This document shows, piece after piece, positions 29,099 to 38,605 of a stretch of 50,088 bases of DNA; within the stretch, counting starts at the first letter, position 1; every line of letters begins with the position of its first letter. Source of the DNA: Synechococcales cyanobacterium VAR_4_metabat_354 (GTDB taxonomy: Bacteria > Cyanobacteriota > Cyanobacteriia > Cyanobacteriales > Chamaesiphonaceae). A program made the position numbers and the translations under genes. Below the pieces are notes generated by a model. That model was not told the DNA's origin and did not search any database. It worked only from the letters and a program-made list of their open reading frames with translations. The stretch lies in the NCBI GenBank assembly GCA_031414775.1, contig JANOQI010000045.1, forward strand, positions 1 to 50,088. Direction: 5' to 3'.

Positions 29099-30451
29099 TC
29101 ATCTATCGATCGATCCAAACTTTGCCTTTAATTGCTTCTGCATCATAAATGGGCGTCGCACTGGTGCAATTTCAGCAGTTGTCGGTGTCACCGTCCAATC
29201 GTACTTTTGCAACAACGTCGAGAGAATAATCTTCATCTCCATCTGGGCGAGTTCCATGCCGACACAACTATGTATGCCACCGCCAAAGCCAATTAATGAA
29301 TAAGGCTGTTTCTTATCTTCTTCACGGGGCGGCGCAAATCGGTCAGGATCGAAGGCATCTGGATCTTGGTAAATTTCTGGCAACCGATGAGTCAACATCG
29401 GAAAAATGCACACGTACCAACCAGCAGGAATTAGATAACCACCATATTTAATATCTGCCATCGCCATGCGACTAATCACGAACGCTGGTGGATACATACG
29501 TTCGCCTTCTTTGATTGCATTAGCCATATTGGGAAGTTGACGCAGATGGCCGATCGAAATCGGTTCGCATCCCATTACTTGCTGACATTCATCGCGCAAT
29601 TTTTGTCGCCATTCTGGACGATTACCCAATTCAAACAACAACCAACTCATCAAACTCGATGTCGTATCATGTCCAGCAAACAGGAATCCAATCGCCTGAT
29701 TAATAACTTGTGTTTCGGTAAACTTATTGCCATCTTCATCCACCGTATTCAGTAGTAAACTGAGTACATCTGTAGATTGTTCTAGATCGCCACTTGCAGC
29801 TCTTTCTTTGATAACTTGGCGGATATAATCGACAATTTTGCGGCGGGCAGTTTGCCCCCTACCATGAAGAGTTAGGGGATTATCCCATTTTATAACACCA
29901 TTTAGACTGTCTACGAGAGTCGTAAACCACTCACTCACTTGCTGAATCTCTTCAGTCTTTTCGCTACCTAGAAAAATTTTAACCACGACAGCCAGCGTCA
30001 ATTTGTGCAATTCAGCACTGAGATTAATCGTACCGCGCTCACCCCAATCAGCCATCGCCTCAGTGCAAACTAACTTAATCGTATCAAAATAAGAGGCGAT
30101 CGCTTGTCGATGAAATACGGGTAAAATCAACTTCCGACTAATACGATGTTGTTGCCCATCTTGCATCAATACCATGTCAGGACTGAGGATCGGCGACAAG
30201 AATTTATTGCCCAACCGCGATGAAAATTTATCAGCTTCATCTTTGAACACCAGCCGATTCGCCTCCGGCCCAACTAGACAAGCGATGTTATTAAACAGCC
30301 CTGGCATGGATACTCTAAAGATATTGCCATGCTTTTGATTTTGCTCCCAATAAAATAGCTCCTGCTTGGTGAGTGCGCTAATTGTATTCCTAATCAGTGG
30401 TAATCCAGTGTTACCAGGCATCATATGAGCAGATTTTAGTTTATTTGTCAT
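29099..30451 (-). CDS. Cytochrome P450 (CYP120-like)
   Basis: FAGHDTT I-helix, EGER (ExxR), FDPDRF and FGGGIHSCVG heme motif. Confidence 0.95.
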   Translation of the reverse strand: MTNKLKSAHMMPGNTGLPLIRNTISALTKQELFYWEQNQKHGNIFRVSMPGLFNNIACLVGPEANRLVFKDEADKFSSRLGNKFLSPILSPDMVLMQDGQQHRISRKLILPVFHRQAIASYFDTIKLVCTEAMADWGERGTINLSAELHKLTLAVVVKIFLGSEKTEEIQQVSEWFTTLVDSLNGVIKWDNPLTLHGRGQTARRKIVDYIRQVIKERAASGDLEQSTDVLSLLLNTVDEDGNKFTETQVINQAIGFLFAGHDTTSSLMSWLLFELGNRPEWRQKLRDECQQVMGCEPISIGHLRQLPNMANAIKEGERMYPPAFVISRMAMADIKYGGYLIPAGWYVCIFPMLTHRLPEIYQDPDAFDPDRFAPPREEDKKQPYSLIGFGGGIHSCVGMELAQMEMKIILSTLLQKYDWTVTPTTAEIAPVRRPFMMQKQLKAKFGSIDR

Positions 30452-30500
30452 ATGGCAGCATCGAACCTCTAAGCCTAATTTATTCCAGTTAGCAGAAATG

Positions 30501-31595
30501 TTACATTTTATTGAAAAAGTCGATCGCGATTGCTGATGTTTTTGATAATAAACTTAATGGGTCTGTATCACCAAATGAACCGATCTTTTTACTAAGTCTC
30601 GGATTAATCGTCAGCGGTAAATCCAGGAAGCTAAAATGACTGGCGGATTCTTGGGTAAGTACTTGTAAGTTTACATTACTTGCAAGTTGCTCGATGCGAG
30701 TTCGATCTTTTGCCATCATTGAATTATGTACTGATTGGGACTTCCCACCATCGATCGTATATTTCTCTCGATTAGATAACATTAATAAAAACTCTTTTTC
30801 TGAATAGCTGAAGTCGATCTCATCGATGTAAAAATATCCATCGAAATTGACAGCCTTAGAAATTCGGTGATCTCGTCCGCAAGCTACGAAACTAGCTGAA
30901 CCACCAATGGAATGTCCAGCCGCAAATATTTTTTCGATGTTAACTTTACGATCTAAAAAAGAATTATTGGTAGAGTTCATACTTATGACTCGATCGAGCA
31001 CCATCGAGATCTGATTTGCCTGAGTTACTGCAACCTTACTGACTAATAAATCCGGTTTAGCTAAACCATCGGATATTTCCTTGTCCATGCCGATTTGCGA
31101 TCCATTTACGAGCATCGTGCTGACACTTAAACCAGGATGATCGATACCTACAACAATAAAACCGTGACTAGCAAATTCTAAAGCGTAGAAACTATTCAGA
31201 AAATTAGTGCCTAAACCAGATGAAAATAGGACAACGGAAAAGTTAGGTTGAGACTGACTTAGTGCTGTATCGATCGAGGCTGGAATCCGAATATGTCCGA
31301 GTAGTAAATGACTAAATATCAGCTTGAATAGTAGATTTACAACCAGATTTTTAGAAAAAGTTTTGCCAATTTTGCCTAGATAAGAACTGTCAGTAACTAG
31401 ATTTCGATTTGTTGGATACCAGACCTTGGCAATTATTCCCGACTGACTGGGTGTATCCCAAATTAAGTCAGATTTGCCTACTTGCCATTGTCCTGATGGT
31501 TGGGGAAATGGGTGAGTGGGAATTAGCCAGTAAGGTAAAGCGATAATTCCTATAATTACGATAATAATCAAAAAAATTAGCATAAATAAATTCAC
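30501..31595 (-). CDS. Membrane-anchored alpha/beta hydrolase (PAF-acetylhydrolase-like)
   Basis: N-terminal TM, PSGQWQVG, VWYP, ASHGFIVVGIDHP, GHSIGG nucleophile elbow, NFDG, HFSF. Confidence 0.85.
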   Translation of the reverse strand: MNLFMLIFLIIIVIIGIIALPYWLIPTHPFPQPSGQWQVGKSDLIWDTPSQSGIIAKVWYPTNRNLVTDSSYLGKIGKTFSKNLVVNLLFKLIFSHLLLGHIRIPASIDTALSQSQPNFSVVLFSSGLGTNFLNSFYALEFASHGFIVVGIDHPGLSVSTMLVNGSQIGMDKEISDGLAKPDLLVSKVAVTQANQISMVLDRVISMNSTNNSFLDRKVNIEKIFAAGHSIGGSASFVACGRDHRISKAVNFDGYFYIDEIDFSYSEKEFLLMLSNREKYTIDGGKSQSVHNSMMAKDRTRIEQLASNVNLQVLTQESASHFSFLDLPLTINPRLSKKIGSFGDTDPLSLLSKTSAIAIDFFNKM

Positions 31596-31673
31596 AATTA
31601 TTAAATTAAACTTGGCTCTTCCTTCAAAGATAAAATATTTGAGGATAGTTTTTATCGTATTTTATGGCGATCT

Positions 31674-33035
31674 CTAAATCGGTACAAATTTTGCTTTTAA
31701 CTTTTTCTGCATAGTCACTGGATTCCGTACTGGTGAAATTTCTGCTGTTGTTGGCATCACCGTCCAGTTGTATTTTTGGAGCAGAGTTGTGAGGATGATT
31801 TTCATCTCCATATTGGCAAATTCGACACCTAAACAACTATGTACCCCACCGCCAAAACCAATTAGAGAATATGAGTATTTCTTATCTTCTTCTCGCGGTG
31901 CCGCAAAGCGATCGGGATCAAATAAATCCGGTTCTCGATATATTTCCGGCATTCGATGAGTGAGTTGCGGGAAGATCATTACATACCAACCAGCCGGAAT
32001 ATTGTAGCCAGCATATTCAATATCTTCAGTAGTCACACGCGCCAGCCCAGCGACTGGTGGATAGAGCCGTTCACCTTCTTTGAGAACATTTGACATCTGG
32101 GGTAGTTGGCGTAGATGTTTGATATTTAATGGTTGATTCCCCGTTACTTGCTGGAGTTCATCGCGCAATTTTTGTCGCCAGTCTGGATGATTACCCAATT
32201 CAAACAAAATCCAATTCATCAAGCTGGCAGTCGTTTCATGTCCAGCAAATAAAAAGCCAATGATTTGATTGATAATCTGAGTCTCAGTGAAAAATGGCTG
32301 ACCATCTTCATCGAGAATATTCATCAACAATCCTAGCAGATCGGTCGATCTATCCAAATCGCGACGTTTTATTCTTTCTTGAATCAGTCGGCGGGAATAA
32401 TTAACTATTTCACGACGAGCAGCTTGTCCTTTTCCATATTTAGTAAATGAGACATCCCATTTAATTAGACTACCAAGGCTTTCAATTAACGTATTAAACC
32501 ACTCACAGACCCGATCGATATCTTCAGCTTTCTCGCTACCTAAAAAAGTTCTGACGACAACGGAGAGGGTAAGTTTGCGAATCTCAGTATTCAGGTCAAA
32601 TGTATCTCTTGCCCCCCAATCGGCTACTGTTTCGCTCACAACTAGCTGAATCGTATCGAAATAAGAGGCGATCGCTTGATGATGAAATACTGGCAAAATC
32701 ATCTTGCGACTAGCTCGATGCTCTTCACCATCTTGCAACAGCACTAGATCTGTACTGACGATCGGTTCTAATGCAGCATTCCCCAGCCGCGATGACAACT
32801 TATCAGCCCCATCTTTGAGGACAAAACGGTTAGCATCTGGCCCAACTAAACAAGCAATTTTGCCAAAGAATGGTGGTGATACCCTGAAGATTTTGCCATG
32901 TTTTTGATACTGCTCGAAGAAAAATAGTTCTTGGTTGGAAAATAGTTCAACGATCTGACTGACTCGGGAGCTACTAGGCATCGAACTGACAGGCTTTAAT
33001 CGTTCGCGGAGCGTCTGCTGTGGAGAATTGGTCAT
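31674..33035 (-). CDS. Cytochrome P450 (CYP120-like), paralog of 29099-30451
   Basis: FAGHETT, EGER, FDPDRF, FGGGVHSCLG. Confidence 0.95.
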   Translation of the reverse strand: MTNSPQQTLRERLKPVSSMPSSSRVSQIVELFSNQELFFFEQYQKHGKIFRVSPPFFGKIACLVGPDANRFVLKDGADKLSSRLGNAALEPIVSTDLVLLQDGEEHRASRKMILPVFHHQAIASYFDTIQLVVSETVADWGARDTFDLNTEIRKLTLSVVVRTFLGSEKAEDIDRVCEWFNTLIESLGSLIKWDVSFTKYGKGQAARREIVNYSRRLIQERIKRRDLDRSTDLLGLLMNILDEDGQPFFTETQIINQIIGFLFAGHETTASLMNWILFELGNHPDWRQKLRDELQQVTGNQPLNIKHLRQLPQMSNVLKEGERLYPPVAGLARVTTEDIEYAGYNIPAGWYVMIFPQLTHRMPEIYREPDLFDPDRFAAPREEDKKYSYSLIGFGGGVHSCLGVEFANMEMKIILTTLLQKYNWTVMPTTAEISPVRNPVTMQKKLKAKFVPI

Positions 33036-33068
33036 AACAGCAATTTATTCCAAATTGTGGCATAATTA

Positions 33069-33098
33069 AGTTTATGAGTAAGTCCTCATCTTTGTCAA
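33069..33098 (-). promoter_or_regulatory. Sigma70-type promoter of the P450 operon with a palindromic operator in the spacer
   Basis: Minus strand TTGACA (33098-33093)-N18-TAAACT (33074-33069); palindrome ATGAG-taagtc-CTCAT at 33074-33089. Confidence 0.6.
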
Positions 33099-34009
33099 GC
33101 AATAAAACTCTTCGCCGTCAACCTCAGCAAAAACGCGGACAACAGCGGGTAGAGAAGATTGTAGTGGCCGCTGCGGAAGTATTTGCTGAGGCGGGATTTG
33201 CAGCGGCTACCATTCAACAAATAGCCGATCGAGCCAACACCGCTGTCGGTTCGATCTACCAATTTTTCCCAGATAAATTAGCAATTTTTCACGCTTTAGT
33301 TACTAAGCATCTACAACAGACAGATATCCTTGAAGCTGAATTTTTCAAAGGCGATCTAAATCGTCCGATCTTCCAGTGTATTAGCGAGTATATAGATGCT
33401 TACACCAGCTACTTCGAGCAGCCAATTCCCCGCTGTATCGCCTTGCAAGGCTACTTGCAGCCGATCGAAGGACTATCGGATTTAATGGCAGATTTACCCA
33501 ATCGAGTATCAACCTTAATCGAAAACCACGCTAATCTCTATCGCCAACGCAACCCCAATCTCAGCGTAGCCAAAAGCAAATTGCTGGCAGAAGTGGCTCA
33601 ACATATGTGTACCAGCTTATTTTTTCGGGCGATCCAAAGTGATGAATCACATCGCCAAGAATTATATGCAGAGGTTAAAAATCTTCTGTATGTCTATCTC
33701 AATCCCCACATCGGCGACCATCTACTAGTTTCGCACAATCAAAAGATGATTTGTCCAGATTGCCAGAGCGATCGAGTAGCTAAGAACGGTCGCCAGAATG
33801 GTAAGCAACGTTATATTTGCAGAGGATGTGGTCGGCAATTTGTCGATCGCTATATTGAAAGAGGATATCCTCTAGAAATTAGGCAAAAGTGTCTCGCTCT
33901 CCATCAGCAGGGAGTTAGCTTTCGTGAAATTGAGCGCAGCACTGGTATCAATCACAACACAGTGATTAATTGGGTGAAGAATCTGGAGTTGCGGGCTGAG
34001 GGGAAATAA
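33074..34009 (+). CDS. TetR/AcrR regulator fused to a C-terminal IS1 InsA-like zinc-ribbon/HTH domain
   Basis: TetR HTH (GFAAATIQQIA...GSIYQFFPDK); C-terminal CPDC...KNG...GKQRYICRGCGRQF...SFREIER...HNTVINWVK. The start may be TTG 33092. Confidence 0.88.
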   Translation: MSKSSSLSSNKTLRRQPQQKRGQQRVEKIVVAAAEVFAEAGFAAATIQQIADRANTAVGSIYQFFPDKLAIFHALVTKHLQQTDILEAEFFKGDLNRPIFQCISEYIDAYTSYFEQPIPRCIALQGYLQPIEGLSDLMADLPNRVSTLIENHANLYRQRNPNLSVAKSKLLAEVAQHMCTSLFFRAIQSDESHRQELYAEVKNLLYVYLNPHIGDHLLVSHNQKMICPDCQSDRVAKNGRQNGKQRYICRGCGRQFVDRYIERGYPLEIRQKCLALHQQGVSFREIERSTGINHNTVINWVKNLELRAEGK

Positions 34010-34100
34010 AGATTTACACTAAATCCCCACATAAAAAATTGCCCCTCAACATAAGCCATATTTTAGATAGCGTAATTGCAAACGTTTCCATTCCTGTCTA

Positions 34101-34424
34101 TTAACGCCAGAGCTTGTTTTCCAGCTCGCGCACTTGCCGCTCCAAGCGATCGATCCGACCCCGCAGCTCATCCATCTCCGACTGGCGCGGCACCCCAATA
34201 TCTTGCATGGTGTTGCGCAGCCAGCGCTGCATCTGTTCATCCACCGAGCTAGGATCTAACTTTACTTGCTTCATAATGTCATCGACCATAGTCTTGGCTT
34301 GGTCGGGATTGATCTTGCCATCTTTGACCAATTCTTCACTCATTTCACGCACTTTGTCAGCGACGAGGGAGGTGGTGCCAATGCCCATCATAACAATTTG
34401 TTGCAGCCAGTTATTGTTGTCCAT
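34101..34424 (-). CDS. Phasin-like/granule-associated family protein
   Basis: MMGIGTTSLVADK...ELVKDGKI...PRQSEMDELRGRIDRLE. Confidence 0.8.
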   Translation of the reverse strand: MDNNNWLQQIVMMGIGTTSLVADKVREMSEELVKDGKINPDQAKTMVDDIMKQVKLDPSSVDEQMQRWLRNTMQDIGVPRQSEMDELRGRIDRLERQVRELENKLWR

Positions 34425-34575
34425 AGGAAAAACTTGGATTTCTTCACTCAGTATAAGTATTTACATGCCGTTGCGGAGGAGTTGGATATCCGAACAGCTA
34501 CATTAATAGATGGCTAGAAAAGATGAGTATCGAACAGGTTACAATGTTTTGCCTGTGCAGCGAATTGGAAATCTT

Positions 34576-34977
34576 ATGTCACCTTTGTCACCTTGGGTTA
34601 GTTTAGTCATTGTTTTGGCGCTCATTCTTTTTTTGATCCTGACTATTAACGTTGGCGGAGCTAGAGTTAAATATGGAGTAAAAGCACCAGTCGTAACGGG
34701 AAGCCCTGAATTCGAGCGAGTCTTACGAGTTCAACAAAACACCCTGGAGCAGTTGATTCTATTCTTGCCAGCTCTGTGTATTTTCTCTATTTTTGTCTCA
34801 CCGATCGCTGCCGCCATTTTGGGTACCATCTGGATTGGAGGTCGTATTCTATATGCCTGGGGCTACTATAGAGCTGCTGAAAAGCGTGGTCCAGGGTTTG
34901 CGATCGGCATCCTGTCCACCATAGTTTTATTAATGGGTTCCCTGGTGGGTATTGGTCTGAATTTATGGCGTGGTTGA
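34576..34977 (+). CDS. MAPEG family protein
   Basis: ARVKYGVKAP, FERVLRVQQNTLEQ, GRILYAWGY. ATG 34576 preferred over 34510. Confidence 0.9.
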   Translation: MSPLSPWVSLVIVLALILFLILTINVGGARVKYGVKAPVVTGSPEFERVLRVQQNTLEQLILFLPALCIFSIFVSPIAAAILGTIWIGGRILYAWGYYRAAEKRGPGFAIGILSTIVLLMGSLVGIGLNLWRG

Positions 34978-35110
34978 AGACTACTCAGACAGACTTTTAA
35001 TATTTAAAGTGAAGTTATTGCTCACAATCGATAATTACTGGTGCTTCTACCGTTGCACTTTCGGCTAAAAATACTACAATGATGATTGTAAAGTTATATG
35101 AAATTAGCTA

Positions 35111-35728
35111 ATGGAGTTCCTGTCAGTTGAGTTTATCAAGGAAATCGCTGAAAAGTATGGCTACATAGCCGTCTTCCTTGGTATCTTGCTCGAGAATCTA
35201 GGGATTCCCCTGCCAGGGGAAACAATCACCATCGTTGGTGGTTTTCTGGCAGGTAGTGGTGAATTGAATTACTGGTTAGTATTAGCCAGTGCGGCTTCTG
35301 GTGCTTTTATTGGTGGAATTTGCGGTTACTCAATCGGTAAGTATGGTGGCTGGCCACTAATGCTGAAATTAGGTGGATTTTTTCGAGTGTCAGAATCCAA
35401 GCTAGTTGAAATTAAAGAAAAATTTAGTGAAAATGCGGTCAAGGCCATTTTCGTTGGGCGTTTTCTAGCTCTATTCCGGATTTTTGTTAGCCCGATGGCT
35501 GGGGTTGCGGAAATGCCTTTTGGTAAATTTCTGGCAGTGAATCTGGCTAGCGCTTGTGCCTGGGCTACGGTTATGACCGGTTTGACTTTTGTGGTGGGCA
35601 AGTTTGTATCATTAGAGCAACTGGTGGCTTGGGTGGGTCAGTTTGCTTTACTAGCCTTGGTGATTGTCATTGCTTGGATTGTGGTACCGATTTGGTTGGA
35701 GAGTCGCCAAGCCAAGCTGGAAGAATAG
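35111..35728 (+). CDS. dedA: DedA family membrane protein
   Basis: LENLGIPLPGE, GYSIGKYGG, FVGRF...R, AG...MPFGKF. Confidence 0.9.
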   Translation: MEFLSVEFIKEIAEKYGYIAVFLGILLENLGIPLPGETITIVGGFLAGSGELNYWLVLASAASGAFIGGICGYSIGKYGGWPLMLKLGGFFRVSESKLVEIKEKFSENAVKAIFVGRFLALFRIFVSPMAGVAEMPFGKFLAVNLASACAWATVMTGLTFVVGKFVSLEQLVAWVGQFALLALVIVIAWIVVPIWLESRQAKLEE

Positions 35729-35747
35729 AAATATTTTGAGCTAGCTC

Positions 35748-37322
35748 ATGGTTTATTACTATGAGGGGCGTTGTCCCCGCAGTGGTGAATGGCTGCGTTT
35801 GCCGCGATCGATCGCCAGTGAAGATCGTGCGCGTGAATTAATAGTGGAATTAAAGCAAAAACCACTAGCCGAAGGCAAGATGTACGGCGTGCTGCTGGCG
35901 ATCGATCAAGACGGCCAACGCCAAGTATTAAAAGCTTTCTCTGGTCTGTTAGATAGCCAATCTGAGGTAAATGGCTGGGTGCCACCGATTCCGGGACGGC
36001 AGCAGGTAGCGGCGGCGGAGGTGCTGACTCTAGAGCAATTGACTGTCATTAAGCAAGATATCTGGCAGTTACAGCAGTTGTCAGCCAGACTAGAATACGC
36101 CGAGTTCTTGGCAGAATACATCACCCACAGACAAAAACTCCAGAATGAACTAAAGATCCAGAAACAAGCCCGACAGCTACAACGCCAAGAACTAATGGCT
36201 AGCTTATTTGGTAATGAACTAGATTTGGCTTTGACCCAACTGGATAAGGTGAGTCAACAGGATGGTCTGCGGCAGCGGCGCTTCAAGCAACAATGGGACA
36301 CTGTTCTGAGGCCATTACTAGTTTCGATCAATCAGGCCGATCAACAGATTCAAGATCTGAAAAGACAACGCAAAGCCCTTTCTCAACAGCTGCAATCGCA
36401 AATGCATCAGGCGGCGGCATTAACGAATTTTGCCGGAGAATCAGTATCTTTAGCCCAATTAAGGCCAGCCGGTTTGCCGACAGGTAGCGGTGAATGTTGC
36501 GCGCCTAAACTCTTGCATTATGCCGCCACTCAAAATTTACAGCCGATCGCCATGGCCGAGTTTTGGTGGGGGCCAGCGGTGGGTGATAAACAGTCGGGAG
36601 AATTCTATGGGGCTTGTGTCGATCGATGCCAGCCGCTTATGGGTTTTATGTTGTCTGGGTTATCGGTACAGATCCGGGCTAGTTTTCCTCGGCCAGCGCT
36701 AGAGATTATTTATAGTGATGACTATTTGCTGGTAGTAAATAAACCGAGCGGCTTACTATCGGTGCCAGGGCGTTATGGCCAGGAGAATGCTCTGGATATT
36801 TTGAAAATTGAGCATTCCATGCCACTCTGGGCGGCGCACCGTTTAGATCAAGATACATCCGGGATTTTGGTATTAGCCAAGGATCTAGACACCTATCGAG
36901 CTGTGAGCAAGCAATTTGCTGACAGTAGTTCTGACGATAATCGATTACTGCATAAGGTTTATGAGGCGTTGGTCGTGGGGAAAGTTCAGGAAGCGGCGGG
37001 TTTGATCGATCTACCATTAGCCGCAGATGTGATCAATCGACCAAAACAAAAAGTTGACTGGTCGCAGGGGAAGCCCAGTATTACTCACTATCGTGTCATG
37101 GAAATCGTTGGCAACCAAACTCGCTTAGAGTTTCGGCCGCTGACTGGCCGTACTCATCAATTGCGGGTACATGCGGCACAGGGTTTAGGAACAGCAATTG
37201 TGGGCGATCGACTGTACGGCCAGGATGATGGGGAGCGGTTGTGTCTACATGCCCGAGAACTTTCTTTTATGCATCCGCATTCTTTAGCTAGGCTCCATTT
37301 TCAGGTGCCAACACCTTTCTGA
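35748..37322 (+). CDS. RluA-family pseudouridine synthase with N-terminal coiled-coil extension
   Basis: EGKMYGVLL, CCAPKLL, NKPSGLLSVPG, HRLDQDTSG, TGRTHQLRVH. Confidence 0.9.
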   Translation: MVYYYEGRCPRSGEWLRLPRSIASEDRARELIVELKQKPLAEGKMYGVLLAIDQDGQRQVLKAFSGLLDSQSEVNGWVPPIPGRQQVAAAEVLTLEQLTVIKQDIWQLQQLSARLEYAEFLAEYITHRQKLQNELKIQKQARQLQRQELMASLFGNELDLALTQLDKVSQQDGLRQRRFKQQWDTVLRPLLVSINQADQQIQDLKRQRKALSQQLQSQMHQAAALTNFAGESVSLAQLRPAGLPTGSGECCAPKLLHYAATQNLQPIAMAEFWWGPAVGDKQSGEFYGACVDRCQPLMGFMLSGLSVQIRASFPRPALEIIYSDDYLLVVNKPSGLLSVPGRYGQENALDILKIEHSMPLWAAHRLDQDTSGILVLAKDLDTYRAVSKQFADSSSDDNRLLHKVYEALVVGKVQEAAGLIDLPLAADVINRPKQKVDWSQGKPSITHYRVMEIVGNQTRLEFRPLTGRTHQLRVHAAQGLGTAIVGDRLYGQDDGERLCLHARELSFMHPHSLARLHFQVPTPF

Positions 37323-37422
37323 GATTTTATTTATTAAAAAAATCAATCATGATTGCTGATGTTTTGGATCAAAAATGCTGGAAACCTAGCTGGTGGAAAT
37401 TATCCACCATCTAACTGAGATT

Positions 37423-37992
37423 CTATAAGCCTTCTAGAGGCACGCCCAGAAATCTGGCTAATTCCGCTCCTTGGGTTTCAATTTCTGCCAAAGCAACTGG
37501 TTCGCCCACCCGGGTTAGTGGAATTTCTTGCCGTCCCTTAATCCTTACAAACAATGTTCGGCGAGGATTAATGCCATCTTTGATATCTACCCGTACTGCT
37601 TGGATATCTTTGAGAGGATTTTTTAGTTCTACTTGGCGGTTCTTACCAGGAAAACCGCGCCGAAAAATAGTCGCTTCACCGGTTTCTTGATTAAATTCGT
37701 TGTAGCCACCGCCAATATCAAGGGCGATCGAACCCCATAAATACAGTGCTGTCAGTGTTCCGGCCACTCCATAGAAAGACATGGCAATACCCTGGGGTAA
37801 AAAGGGTAGATCGATCGCATTATCAATAAAGGGTAAGAAATCGCGGTGAAAAAAGCTGGAGAAGCCCTGGAGTAAAAATCCTACGCCGCCGAGAGTAACA
37901 ATACCAGCATAGAAAAAATTGCTAAAGCGGCGCGAACCCAAAATGGGTTGGATCAGAATAGTTTTTTTAATAGCAGTTGTAGATTCAGTCAT
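37423..37992 (-). CDS. ycf4: Photosystem I assembly protein Ycf4
   Basis: GSRRFSN, FLPQGIAMSFYG, GGGYNEF, GFPGKNR, ELARFLGVPLEGL. Confidence 0.97.
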   Translation of the reverse strand: MTESTTAIKKTILIQPILGSRRFSNFFYAGIVTLGGVGFLLQGFSSFFHRDFLPFIDNAIDLPFLPQGIAMSFYGVAGTLTALYLWGSIALDIGGGYNEFNQETGEATIFRRGFPGKNRQVELKNPLKDIQAVRVDIKDGINPRRTLFVRIKGRQEIPLTRVGEPVALAEIETQGAELARFLGVPLEGL

Positions 37993-38088
37993 GATGATAT
38001 GGTTTCATAAAAAAACAGACTCCAATCATTGCCAGGTTCTGCCTGAGCAAACGGATATCTGTCTATTATACAGTGTCAGATTGGCCGC

Positions 38089-38511
38089 TTAGCGTAAGCC
38101 GCGTCGGATAACTTCTGCCAGTTCAATCTTGGATATTCCCGGCTGGCTGGGGAGGGCTTTCCCTAAATCTTTAACCATATAACCAGGTATCTTGATTGTT
38201 GTAAATTGCTGAATCACTTTTTGGGGAATTATCACCAGCCCTTGGCGATTAGTCCGGCCTTGCCACTGCTTACTATTGGTCGGACAGGGCACAGTCACAC
38301 ATCTAATACCATTGTCGCTACTAATCATAACTGATCGATTGGCGATCGGTTTTTCGGTGGATATCGAGACAACTAATAGCTTCAAAGCAGCAGGACGATG
38401 ATTGCTCAAGACTAGATGAAATGGCTCGGGTCTAGCCAAACTCCACGAACCAGTAGTCAAAAACAGCAAACAGCAGCTCATTCCTACTATTAAAAGACGT
38501 TGATTAAACAT
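38089..38511 (-). CDS. Hypothetical secreted protein with a CxxxPCP motif
   Basis: Signal-like N-terminus; DNGIRCVTVPCP. Confidence 0.55.
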   Translation of the reverse strand: MFNQRLLIVGMSCCLLFLTTGSWSLARPEPFHLVLSNHRPAALKLLVVSISTEKPIANRSVMISSDNGIRCVTVPCPTNSKQWQGRTNRQGLVIIPQKVIQQFTTIKIPGYMVKDLGKALPSQPGISKIELAEVIRRGLR

Positions 38512-38605
38512 TTAATACCTGGCGATATCTCTCTCAGATTAATAGACTGCTCCCACCACCGAGAAGTTGCAGCGGTGATGGGCAGAGATCGGCGCAATCG
38601 TCTGG

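Noticed and set aside
33746..34009. Active IS1 element
   Set aside because: No catalytic InsB/DDE region or terminal inverted repeats seen; the domain is fused in frame to TetR.
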